This document shows, piece after piece, positions 1-8,836 of a stretch of 64,000 bases of DNA. The position numbers were made by a program, and so were the translations under genes. Under the pieces are notes generated by a model, which was not told where the DNA came from, made no database searches, and was given only the letters and a program-made list of their open reading frames with translations. Source of the DNA: an uncultured Pseudomonadales bacterium (lineage in GTDB: Bacteria > Patescibacteriota > Microgenomatia > UBA1400 > PJMF01). The first letter of the stretch is position 1, and each line of letters starts with the position of its first letter. The stretch lies in contig CAZFRD010000001.1 in the NCBI GenBank assembly GCA_964521215.1, positions 59,210 to 123,209 on the forward strand. The letters are read 5' to 3'.

Positions 1-223
1 TGGGATTTTGGCACAAAACACATCGTTTTTTTTAGTCATTTAATCTCCTAACACATTAAAGTGGTGAGATTATATGCTATCAATCAATGAAAAGTAACTA
101 AAAAACCAACACAAAACTTTACTTAACCCGTTTTTTGCGGAAAAAGTTGATGTAGGGTTGACTTGTTTGTATATTTTCTTGCACAAAAGCTTACTTGAAG
201 TTGGAGATTGTGTAACGATTACA

Positions 224-1201
224 CTAACTACAAGAACCCTTGTCTCTCAGGTACTGCTGATAGGCAGTACTGGCACAACCTTCTCTAAAATGGACTGGCT
301 GATACTCGCAACTCCTTAATGTGCTTTGATAATTAGCATCGGCAGTTTTAAAACAGTCTTGTTTGATTTTTACTTCTAACTCAGCGTTACGAGCTGCCTC
401 ATCTGCTGCTGCCTGATCCTGTTTAGCCTGTTCTTCTTGGTAGTATTGATCTTGTCTAAGTAGATAATCATCAAATGCTTGGGAATCTCTTTCTAGATCA
501 GCATAAAAATTAGCTTCAATAGCTGAACATTGGCTTTTAGACATAAAAGAGTAGCTACCATCCAGTGTTTGGCAACAAATCGTCTGGTTACAGTTAGAAC
601 GGGTCATTTCTCTGTAGCCGCCACCACAATTGGGATGGATATTACACCTGACTATTTCATTAGGATCTGGATTTGAGCCTGAGGTGCTCCCCCAAGCAGC
701 GTTAAACTCATCACATTCCTTCTGAGTGGTCTTAAAAGTGACTCCATCAGGTCCAGTGCAGTTGATTTGATTAGAAACAGTTTTGGTGGTGGTTATTGGC
801 TGGTTCGTTTGTGCAGGAGTATTGGAATTTCCCACCTCTGGTGATGAGCTAGCTGGAGCACTAATTACTTGTTTTCGCTCAGGAGGAGAAAAACCTAATC
901 TTGCCTCAACAGTTTCAAAATCATGAAGCAACCAGAAAAAGCTAATAAAAGTCGCTAGAACAACAACTCCATACTTTCTAGCATCTTTGGTTTTTAGTGA
1001 ACTCAACACTTTACCCAATAGTACTAGAAAAACCACTATTCCACCTAAAACAATTATTCCTAAAGTAGTTAACCAAAACATTAGTGTTGTACCAGGATTT
1101 CTATGGATGAAAAACAATGACAAGAAAAACAAAGCCATTGATAGAAACCAAATCCAGTAGAGTTTATTTAGAGAAAGTGATTTTTTCTTCGAGTTTGACA
1201 T
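224..1201 (-). CDS. hypothetical membrane-anchored protein with a Cys-rich extracytoplasmic domain
   Basis: 325-aa ORF. The N-terminus has two hydrophobic helices; a Ser/Thr/Pro-rich linker follows, then a Cys-rich domain and a Gln/Asp/Ala-rich acidic coiled-coil-like tail. No family recognised. Confidence 0.45.
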   Translation of the reverse strand: MSNSKKKSLSLNKLYWIWFLSMALFFLSLFFIHRNPGTTLMFWLTTLGIIVLGGIVVFLVLLGKVLSSLKTKDARKYGVVVLATFISFFWLLHDFETVEARLGFSPPERKQVISAPASSSPEVGNSNTPAQTNQPITTTKTVSNQINCTGPDGVTFKTTQKECDEFNAAWGSTSGSNPDPNEIVRCNIHPNCGGGYREMTRSNCNQTICCQTLDGSYSFMSKSQCSAIEANFYADLERDSQAFDDYLLRQDQYYQEEQAKQDQAAADEAARNAELEVKIKQDCFKTADANYQSTLRSCEYQPVHFREGCASTAYQQYLRDKGSCS

Positions 1202-1267
1202 TGTTGATATTATAAAGCTACAAGGAGAAGCTGTTTAGATTTAGTTATTTCACCCACAATATTTTTT

Positions 1268-1495
1268 GTGGGAACTAAACTTAAAACAACAAAATTACAC
1301 AAGGAGTTTGGAAAACAAATCCAGAAACTACGTAAAGAGCGTGGTTTGACTCAGGAGGATTTAGCTGGTGAGGTTGGTGTTGATCGCAGTTATATGGGAT
1401 TTTTGGAGCGAGGTGAAAAAAATGCCACTCTCGACAAAATTGGTAAAATTGCCAAAGCACTCCATATTAAACTTAAAGAATTATTTGACTTTTGA
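1268..1495 (+). CDS. XRE/Cro-C1 family helix-turn-helix transcriptional regulator
   Basis: 75 aa. Contains the classic HTH_3 motif LRKERGLTQEDLAGEVGVDRSYMGFLERGEKNATLDKIGKIAKAL. It lies immediately upstream of the DGR target gene on the same strand. Confidence 0.8.
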   Translation: MGTKLKTTKLHKEFGKQIQKLRKERGLTQEDLAGEVGVDRSYMGFLERGEKNATLDKIGKIAKALHIKLKELFDF

Positions 1496-1548
1496 TCATA
1501 TCCAGAATTGATGCTAAAGTTACAAAAAAAATCTTGTAAAATAGTGTC

Positions 1549-3549
1549 ATGACGGAAAATACGGGATCTCAATTTCTTGGTGAGCGTTATCCAAGACTTG
1601 CGAAAAGCTCAGAAGTTACTGCAGCAGTAGCACGAACGAAAGCTCGCACTGGAAAAACAATTATAAAAGATCCAGATGAAAGAATTCAAAATTATCTTGG
1701 CAGGTTTAGAGAAATTGTTGAACGCAGCGATCCGCAAGCAAAGGCTCGGGGAATTGTAGCTCTTAAAAAGATTCTAGTCGATCGGTATGTAGTACGAGTA
1801 GAAGATATTCCAAATAGTTATTGGCAGGCACAACTGCGAGTTGTGAGGAATCGAGGAGAATTTGGAGACTGGCAAAACTTACCAGAAGAAGAAGTACTAA
1901 AACTTAAACAAGAACATCTTGCTCAATCTAAAGAAGACCAACAAGGAAGTATCGAAGAATGGATTGATTATCTTGCGTCAGATAGATCTTCATATTTGCC
2001 TGACTATCTAAAATATTGGGTGTTTGCTGGAATGCTTAAGCTTGAAAGATATGAAAAAGCTGAAAAAAACCAACATGGAACAGTTATTAAGCAGGGAAGA
2101 TTTCCTGAGCGTCCTACAGGAAGGCAGCGCACAATTAAGATGTTTCCTGAAGTGAACGAAAGCGGACTCAAGTTCATCGCTTCTGCATACAAGCAACAAA
2201 CGGAAGGAAAAAATATTTACTGGGGATATAACCAGGATATTCCTGCAGATGTTAGACAAACTTTTCTTGACGCTCTTAAGAGGAAAGATTTCCGTGCAGC
2301 ATATGGATGGGTACAAGAACATATTCCTCCAATTACCGATGAAGAAATGCAAATAACAGAGGGCAGAAATTGTGGTTGGGTAACTTTTTCCAAAGATCTA
2401 GGTCATACAGGTCGAGATGTAGCAGTAACACTTGCGGGCAAGGGAACTGGCTGGTGCATTGCGGGCCGCGAAACCGCCCAAGGTAACTATCTAGATCAGG
2501 GAGCAAAACTTCACATATATTACACGCGCGACAAAGATGATAAACAAGCAAACCCTCGTGTAGGAATTGTAGAAATGGGAGGCAAGGTCACTGAGGTCAG
2601 AGGCATAGAATGGGAAGAAAATATTGACGATTATATTAAACCCACAGATGTGATCGAAAAAAAATTGAAAGAACTTCCTGGCGGTGAGGGATTTTTTGAA
2701 ACAGATGTAGATACTAAATATCTAACAGCCATTGATCAGAAGATGCATTGCAATGAGCCATTAAAAAGAGAAGAGTTAATTTTCCTTTATGAGATAGACA
2801 AACCTATTAAATATTTTGGCTACCAACGTGACCCTAGAATCGCTGAACTTCGGGCTCGACGGGATCCAATAGAGGATGCGCCTGTCGTTCTTGACTGTGA
2901 TCCAGGAGAGATTGCTTGGAATCGTCATGAGGTTTCTACTCATACCAAGGCATACATAGGGCCACTCTTCCCTGGAATTTTTGAAGAGTTTAGTGGTTTA
3001 GAACATATCTATACTTCTTTCCCTGAAGGAAAAATTACAGGAGATGAAGTAGTCATTGGTACTAAAGATAGGAAAGAGCTTCTAGAAGCCATGAAGAAGC
3101 AAGGAATTGATACTAGCACATATGCACAGGAAATGATTGAAAGTCCTGATTTTATGCCTACTCAAAGTCGCTTGAGTGGTATCCAAAGACTCTTTAAGGG
3201 AGAAGGATCGCAAACCGCTAAAACAGTTGATGTCATTCGATTAAAAGTGCGAGATTTTGGATTTACCAATTACCCCACCACTACTGAGTTGTTTGCCAAA
3301 GCAGAAGAGTTTGGCTTAGAACTCTGTCCAGCTGAAGTTGGTCCGCAATACCGTTTGCAACAAACTGACCAACCAATGAATGATTGGTTTTATATTGGCA
3401 TGAAACCGCTTGTCGCGTCCGGCGATCCTAGTGTGTTCACGCTCGGACGCTATGGCGATGGCCTGTGGCTCGACATCAGCTGGGCGAGACCAGACAGTCG
3501 TTGGCCTCTAGATGGCGAGTTTGTGTTTCGTTTTCGCAAGAATTCTTAG
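1549..3549 (+). CDS. DGR target protein (variable protein); VR occupies the C-terminal ~45 codons
   Basis: 666-aa ORF. Its 3' end (3405..3540) is a near-copy of a downstream repeat and differs almost only where the downstream copy has adenine. No obvious signal peptide, and the N-terminal region is not recognised. C-terminal tail reads ...MKPLVASGDPSVFTLGRYGDGLWLDISWARPDSRWPLDGEFVFRFRKNS. Confidence 0.7.
   Translation: MTENTGSQFLGERYPRLAKSSEVTAAVARTKARTGKTIIKDPDERIQNYLGRFREIVERSDPQAKARGIVALKKILVDRYVVRVEDIPNSYWQAQLRVVRNRGEFGDWQNLPEEEVLKLKQEHLAQSKEDQQGSIEEWIDYLASDRSSYLPDYLKYWVFAGMLKLERYEKAEKNQHGTVIKQGRFPERPTGRQRTIKMFPEVNESGLKFIASAYKQQTEGKNIYWGYNQDIPADVRQTFLDALKRKDFRAAYGWVQEHIPPITDEEMQITEGRNCGWVTFSKDLGHTGRDVAVTLAGKGTGWCIAGRETAQGNYLDQGAKLHIYYTRDKDDKQANPRVGIVEMGGKVTEVRGIEWEENIDDYIKPTDVIEKKLKELPGGEGFFETDVDTKYLTAIDQKMHCNEPLKREELIFLYEIDKPIKYFGYQRDPRIAELRARRDPIEDAPVVLDCDPGEIAWNRHEVSTHTKAYIGPLFPGIFEEFSGLEHIYTSFPEGKITGDEVVIGTKDRKELLEAMKKQGIDTSTYAQEMIESPDFMPTQSRLSGIQRLFKGEGSQTAKTVDVIRLKVRDFGFTNYPTTTELFAKAEEFGLELCPAEVGPQYRLQQTDQPMNDWFYIGMKPLVASGDPSVFTLGRYGDGLWLDISWARPDSRWPLDGEFVFRFRKNS
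3405..3540 (+). repeat. DGR variable repeat (VR)
   Basis: 136 nt aligned without gaps to 3906..4041. There are 21 mismatches; at 18 of them the TR base is A and the VR base is G, C or T. A fully conserved GC-containing 3' segment (gcgagtttgtgtttcgttttcg) is IMH-like. Confidence 0.8.
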
Positions 3550-3905
3550 TTGCTTGAATTCTTGAAAAAGTGACCCTTTGAATCTATAAAACTATGATAC
3601 TAAATTTTTAAAATTTTTTAGTCTGTTCGGGTTTATTTTGTCTTTTATTTCTATGTCTTTTGCAAATATACTGACAGATGATTGTGTTCTATTGGGTGGT
3701 CATGGCTACCTGAAACGCAGTTGGCATTTGTATATTGAGATCATAAATGGAGAAATTCTTTTTGTGGAGGGAATATAATTTGTCTATAATAAAAAGAAAA
3801 CTTGGTGTGTCGTGCTTGTGGATTTCTATCCCAAATAAATAACAGCCTAATATTTCTTTTCGTCATATTGGCAGTGACTCTAGATGGCACTTCACACATA
3901 GTTTC

Positions 3906-4041
3906 ACCGCTTGTCGCGTCCGGCAATCCTAATGTATTCAAACTCGAACACAATAGCAATGGCCTGTGGCTCAACAACAACTGGGCGAAACCAGACAATA
4001 ATTGGCTTCTAGCTCGCGAGTTTGTGTTTCGTTTTCGAAAG
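3906..4041 (+). repeat. DGR template repeat (TR), non-coding template
   Basis: The TR copy is rich in AAC/AAT codons (ctc aac aac aac tgg; aat cct aat; gac aat aat), a hallmark of DGR templates. It sits between the target gene and the RT gene. The tracked ORF 3802..4089 covering it is probably not a protein. Confidence 0.8.
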
Positions 4042-4056
4042 TACTTCTTTTCCGCA

Positions 4057-4446
4057 CTATTCGTTAGTGCGGTTTTTGTTTTGAGATAACTCTATGTTTT
4101 TTCTCCACCCACCAAGCATTTTCCCCACATCGTTTAATTTAAAAGCGATTTCCTCATATTGTTTATGAGACAGTAATTTAGCTTCCCACGCTATTGACAG
4201 TAAAAATTTAAGTGAATCAAGTAAAATAACACAGCCTGTTACCTTTTTATATTTTGCTTCCTTTTCAGTAAAATAAGATGCATATGTTTTTTCCAATAGA
4301 TCTAAAAAGGTATTTTCTATTCTGGCACCTATTGTGTAGCGTGCTCCTTTAGGCATATGAGGAACAAATCGCAACCAAATCAAATAAGCCTCTTTGAGAT
4401 GGTAAACAACAGAGTTAGTGCTATAAGGAGTAGTCATTTTAATCAT
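4057..4446 (-). CDS. avd: Avd-like accessory variability determinant (four-helix-bundle, 23S rRNA IVS-protein family)
   Basis: About 130 aa. Its layout resembles Bordetella bAvd and the IVS-protein family: YHLKEAYLIWLRFVPHMPKGARYTIGARIENTFLDLL...LLDSLKFLLSIAWEAKLL...IAFKLNDVGKMLGGWRKN. It is encoded on the strand opposite to TR and RT. Start is ambiguous: TTG at 4485, or ATG at 4446 or 4437. Confidence 0.55.
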   Translation of the reverse strand: MIKMTTPYSTNSVVYHLKEAYLIWLRFVPHMPKGARYTIGARIENTFLDLLEKTYASYFTEKEAKYKKVTGCVILLDSLKFLLSIAWEAKLLSHKQYEEIAFKLNDVGKMLGGWRKNIELSQNKNRTNE

Positions 4447-5417
4447 GTCTATGACAATATCATCTCTTTTGATAATTTGCTCCAATCTTGGAAGGATTTT
4501 TTAAATGGAAAAAGAAAGCGCAAAGATGTCATCTTATTTTCCCTAAATTTGATGGATAACATTTTGCAACTTCATCAGGATCTCTTAAACAAAACCTATC
4601 ATCATGGTTTTTATCAGGCTTTAAAATCAATGATCCAAAACCAAGAGATATTCACAAAGCTGAGGTAAAGGACAGGCTAATTCATCACGCAATTTACAGG
4701 ATTCTGTATCCATATTTTGATAAAAAATTTATTTTTGATTCATATTCTTGTCGAAAAGGTAAAGGCACACATCGAGCAATTCAGCGTTTTGTAACATTTA
4801 GCAGAAAAGTTAGCAAAAACAATACCCGCACAGCCTGGGTGCTAAAGTGCGATATTCAAAAATTTTTTGCCAATATAGATCACGATCTGCTCAATCAAAT
4901 TTTAGCTCAGCACATTGATGATCCTGATGCACTTGAGCTATTAAGAGAGGTTATCGGCAGTTTTCGAATTAACCCGTGTGTGTCAGTTGGTTTACCACTG
5001 GGAAATTTAACAAGCCAACTTTTGATAAATATTTACATGAATGAATTTGATCAGTTTGCAAAGAGAACCTTAAAAGCAAAATACTACATCCGTTATGCTG
5101 ATGACTTTGTTTTTCTCCACGAAGACAAACACACTTTGGTTGCTATGGTTCCTCAAATCGAATCTTTTTTGAAGGACAAATTAAAATTGGCTCTTAATCA
5201 GCGCAAAGTCTCTATCAAGACACTTAACTCTGGTATCGATTTTTTAGGATGGGTTAATTTTCCTCATCATCGAGTATTGCGTACAACCACAAAAAGAAGA
5301 ATGTTTCGCAAATTACAAAAAAATCATAGCAGAGAGACTCTTGCGTCGTATTTAGGATTGCTAAGTCACGGCAATGCTTATAAATTAAGATGCAGCATAT
5401 TAAGCAACAATTTTTAG
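4357..5417 (+). CDS. DGR-type reverse transcriptase (frameshifted at ~4620; start uncertain)
   Basis: Two frames (4357..4668 and ~4590..5417) together align with the Bordetella Brt RT. Matching segments include ISFDNLLQSWKDFLNGKRKRK, YHHGFYQA|FKINDPKPRDIHKAEVKDRLIHHA, SYSCRKGKGTHRAIQRF, VGLPLGNLTSQLLINIYMNEFD, IRYADDFVFL and GIDFLGW. The frame change occurs in a T-run (gcTTTaaaa) that also forms a U_UUA_AAA heptamer. The alignment shows that no residues are lost across the junction. Possible starts are ATG 4357, ATG 4399 or TTG 4477; the first two overlap the avd 5' end. Confidence 0.85.
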
Positions 5418-5877
5418 GGAAAACGGACTTTCAGTTGTTTGCCTCATTGACGTTGATATTATTAGCAAGCTATATGCATGATAGTAATCAGAGTAGAGCC
5501 ATCTGTGGCACTGCATGGCTTTATTCGCTCGCAGTTCCATCTACCTCCTTACTTGGTTTTTATTGACCACCCCTGGGGTGGGGGGGGTTCCATCACAGCA
5601 GACATGCAATCATTACACAAAAAAAGAGATAAAAGTTCTCACCGAGAGAAAAATCTCATGCGAAATTAGGCTGAAAACTAGTTTTGAAGCTAGAATTAGA
5701 GATCATACTTGAGGTAAAATAAGTTCTGATATAGTCAATTAGTGCCATCACAACCAGCTGGCAAATCAAACAGTTCATGACGAGCGACGGATGAGAAGTC
5801 AACATGGTCTTTTTCGACTAGGTTATCCTGTTTGGCGAGACCAAATGGGAAATCCTAGCGAGGCATCACCAACCTGT

Positions 5878-7866
5878 TTACTCAAACACGGGACGTGCAT
5901 CTTGTAGTTTTTTGTAATCATCGGGGAACATTTCCTCGATTGCCTTCAGCGCTTTAGCTCTTTCATTTGCATAAAAGACATCAAGTTTGGCGTAAAATTC
6001 TTGATTTAACTCAATCTCCATCAATTGTGCTAGATTGACCGCCATCACCGCAAAAGTGGCATTACGAGAGTTCACCAAACCTCTAAAAGTTATCAATCTA
6101 GCGCGATTGATCTCTGTTTCTCGTCCACTAGCCGTATCACCAAACAAATCATCTAGCTGATCAAAAGCATTGGTAAATTGTTTGTTTGCTTTAATGGCCT
6201 TCCAGCCGGATTCTGAATTAAGCTTTTCTTGTTGAAACGCTTGAACAACTCTGTCATCAATCAATTGATTATGTAGAAGATCCACAAATAGCGCATCAGC
6301 ACCCTTCACAATCTTACTCCATAAAGCACGTTGCTTTTCAGTAAAGTTAGCAAACACCGAGCCACCGTTGAGTACGCCATACAGAGCATTAAACCATTCG
6401 TTGGGACCGGTGGGCATTGTCAACAAATTGAAAGTACCAACTTGAGGCAACATTAGCGGTGCCTCACCAGATTTAACTGCCTCAACCAATACCACTTGTT
6501 CAAGTTGAAGTTTAAGCTGGGTAGTGATGGTAATATCATTAGTTCGGAGTAAAATAATTTTTCCCCTATTTTCCTTAACTTGTTCGATGATTTTCTCAAA
6601 TGAGTTCTCTGCAGTTACCGTAATTCTTACGACATCTGATTGATCTTTATCTAATTCATTGCTCAAACCTTCTATTTTTTTATCTGAATGTTCACCAGTG
6701 AAGAGAAGTAGAGTATAAGGCGAATTTTGGTGAGTTTTTTGATAAGTTCTAAAATGATCAACCATTGTCGCTAACTCTTCCATGTTGGATCCATTGCCTG
6801 AGGTTGATCCCATTATCCATCGGTCAGTTTTCGTATCTTTCCATTTGGCCACCACTTCTTTTTTATTCATGACATCGGCAATCGTGCCGGCCGCATAAGC
6901 TTCAATGCCATAATATTTTTTCATGACTTTGGCCACTAGTTTGCTGGGCGCCAACATTGGCGCACCATGAGTAATTTCTTCAATCAGCAACAAAGGATTA
7001 AATTTTAGAAACTTAAAGATATAGCCTGGATCGACAGGCATGGTTACCAATGCTAACACCTGGCCCAATTTTTTGAAAAATCTGCTCACACGACGCATAG
7101 TGGCGGGGTGAGAACTAAAGGCAAAATTGACGCCCAACTGAGCTCTAATTCTCTCAACTTCTTGACCCATTTCCTTGTCGAATAGTTCGTATTCTAATGA
7201 TGAAAATAATTTAAGTAATCTTCTAGCTAACCATGGGTGAGTACGCAAATACTGTTCAAATGGAGATTCTGACTCAGATTCATCTACCTTGACATTATTG
7301 GTAATGTACTTGATCAGTATTTTTCTTACGTAACCTTTGGGATCGTCAGAAAATTTCTTCGGAATTAAACCCAACTCATCTAAGTGGTCGATAATATCTA
7401 GCTCGTTTTGAACGGCAGAATGGGCATGTCTTTTTACCTCAAAACCTTTGCTAGCTTTGCCCGTGACGATATTTGCCGAAAATACGTAGGTCACTTTGCG
7501 AAAGATTTTAACAACAGCATTAACAAACGCTTGGGTTTCAAAACCATGACCCCAACCTGCCTCAACCAGTTCGCCGGCAGCGATTATGCGATTGATTGCC
7601 TCATCAAGTAATTTTGAGTCACCAAAGATTTCTTTAAATGCTTCTAGGTATTCGATTGCTAAAGGAGGGGGTTCGTCTTCAGGATTAGGATTGTATCGCA
7701 ACAGTCCATGTTGGACCTCATTTCCAACTCTGATTCTTCGGAAAAGGTCTTTGAGACCATTTTTAACACCATTTCTGATAGGATTTTCATTCCACCGTGC
7801 CCGCTGTGGTATTTCAGGAGTCTCTTTTGTTCTACGCCATAGTGACATAGACCTATAATTATACAC
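5878..7866 (-). CDS. hypothetical protein (662 aa, soluble, no family recognised)
   Basis: Long uninterrupted ORF starting at GTG 7866 or ATG 7848. No P-loop, HTH or transmembrane segments seen. It is convergent with the DGR RT gene. Confidence 0.5.
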   Translation of the reverse strand: MYNYRSMSLWRRTKETPEIPQRARWNENPIRNGVKNGLKDLFRRIRVGNEVQHGLLRYNPNPEDEPPPLAIEYLEAFKEIFGDSKLLDEAINRIIAAGELVEAGWGHGFETQAFVNAVVKIFRKVTYVFSANIVTGKASKGFEVKRHAHSAVQNELDIIDHLDELGLIPKKFSDDPKGYVRKILIKYITNNVKVDESESESPFEQYLRTHPWLARRLLKLFSSLEYELFDKEMGQEVERIRAQLGVNFAFSSHPATMRRVSRFFKKLGQVLALVTMPVDPGYIFKFLKFNPLLLIEEITHGAPMLAPSKLVAKVMKKYYGIEAYAAGTIADVMNKKEVVAKWKDTKTDRWIMGSTSGNGSNMEELATMVDHFRTYQKTHQNSPYTLLLFTGEHSDKKIEGLSNELDKDQSDVVRITVTAENSFEKIIEQVKENRGKIILLRTNDITITTQLKLQLEQVVLVEAVKSGEAPLMLPQVGTFNLLTMPTGPNEWFNALYGVLNGGSVFANFTEKQRALWSKIVKGADALFVDLLHNQLIDDRVVQAFQQEKLNSESGWKAIKANKQFTNAFDQLDDLFGDTASGRETEINRARLITFRGLVNSRNATFAVMAVNLAQLMEIELNQEFYAKLDVFYANERAKALKAIEEMFPDDYKKLQDARPVFE

Positions 7867-7934
7867 ATTAAATATGTAAAAATCAACTTTTCACCTTCAA
7901 CTCATTCATCATGTGAGATAATCAGAACTAGATC

Positions 7935-8807
7935 ATGAAATCACAGAAATTCCAAATTTATCTAGAAGATTTGATGACCAAGGGTCTTGGATATTTTATT
8001 GTTTCCCGGCTCAAAAAACATGCAATTACTAGAAAATTAGTTCATTTGATCCATCCTGACTATGTCCTAGTTGAGCGTCATCGGCTTTTTATCAATAAGA
8101 TGGATACAGTTGTATCAGATACTCTGCTGTCAACCGGAACTTGGGAACCATTTGTTGCTTCGCTGTTCATTAAATTAGCAAAAAAAACTCAAACAATCGT
8201 AGACATAGGAGGAAATATTGGTTACTTCACCTTGTTGAGTGCTCTTCATGCTCAACCTAAAGCTAAAATCTTCACTTTTGAGCCTGATACTACCAATTTT
8301 AAATTGCTTGAGAAAACGATAGGCGAAAATAAGTTATTCAATACAACAATAGAGCAAAGAGCAGTTGCGCAAAAAAGCGGACAAATAAGACTATTTGTTG
8401 ACACAAATAACTTTGGTGATCATCGGACTTACGATAGTGGAGATAATAGAAAATCAACACCAGTCAAAACTACCAGCTTGGACGATTACTTTTATTCACT
8501 TTCCATCGATCTCGATTTAATCAAAATGGATATTCAGGGTTTTGAGTACTTTGCTCTGCTTGGTGCCAAACAATTGTTGAAAGCCAAACGAATCAAAATT
8601 ATTCTCAGCGAATTGTGGCCAATGGGTTTGCAATTAGCGGGCTGTGACTGGCAAGAGGTCATCAAGCTCTTAAAACAATCGGGCTTTTCACTCTGGGAAA
8701 TTGACGAAGAAAATAAATCTGTTGGCAAATACCTGATAAGAAATACAAAGCAAAAACTCATGAATGACGCTTCTTACTCGACAAGTATTTTGGCAGTGCT
8801 AAAATAG
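7935..8807 (+). CDS. FkbM-family SAM-dependent methyltransferase
   Basis: Contains IVDIGGNIGYFTLLSA...IFTFEPDTTNFKLLEKTIGEN, consistent with the Methyltransf_21/FkbM signature. Confidence 0.7.
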   Translation: MKSQKFQIYLEDLMTKGLGYFIVSRLKKHAITRKLVHLIHPDYVLVERHRLFINKMDTVVSDTLLSTGTWEPFVASLFIKLAKKTQTIVDIGGNIGYFTLLSALHAQPKAKIFTFEPDTTNFKLLEKTIGENKLFNTTIEQRAVAQKSGQIRLFVDTNNFGDHRTYDSGDNRKSTPVKTTSLDDYFYSLSIDLDLIKMDIQGFEYFALLGAKQLLKAKRIKIILSELWPMGLQLAGCDWQEVIKLLKQSGFSLWEIDEENKSVGKYLIRNTKQKLMNDASYSTSILAVLK

Positions 8808-8836
8808 CTGACAGATATCATTAACAGAAAGGATCT

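Noticed and set aside
2004-2551. Several 60-115-aa minus-strand ORFs inside the DGR target gene
   Set aside because: They are antisense to a long, clearly coding frame and have low-complexity translations; these are spurious.
3802-4089. 95-aa +strand ORF covering the DGR template repeat (and the 85-aa -strand ORF 3741..3998)
   Set aside because: It simply mirrors the reading frame of the VR copy. TR is expected to function as RNA template, and there is no independent coding evidence.
4357-5417. Reverse transcriptase as a group II intron or retron RT
   Set aside because: There are no intron RNA domains and no maturase or endonuclease tail. The motifs (N-terminal NLL...GKR, SY.CRKGKGTH, LP.G..TSQ, YADD) and the adjacent TR/VR pair fit the DGR RT clade instead.
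5478-5712. Two short overlapping +strand ORFs in the post-RT gap
   Set aside because: They span the poly-G and palindrome region, have no homology or RBS context, and are likely non-coding.
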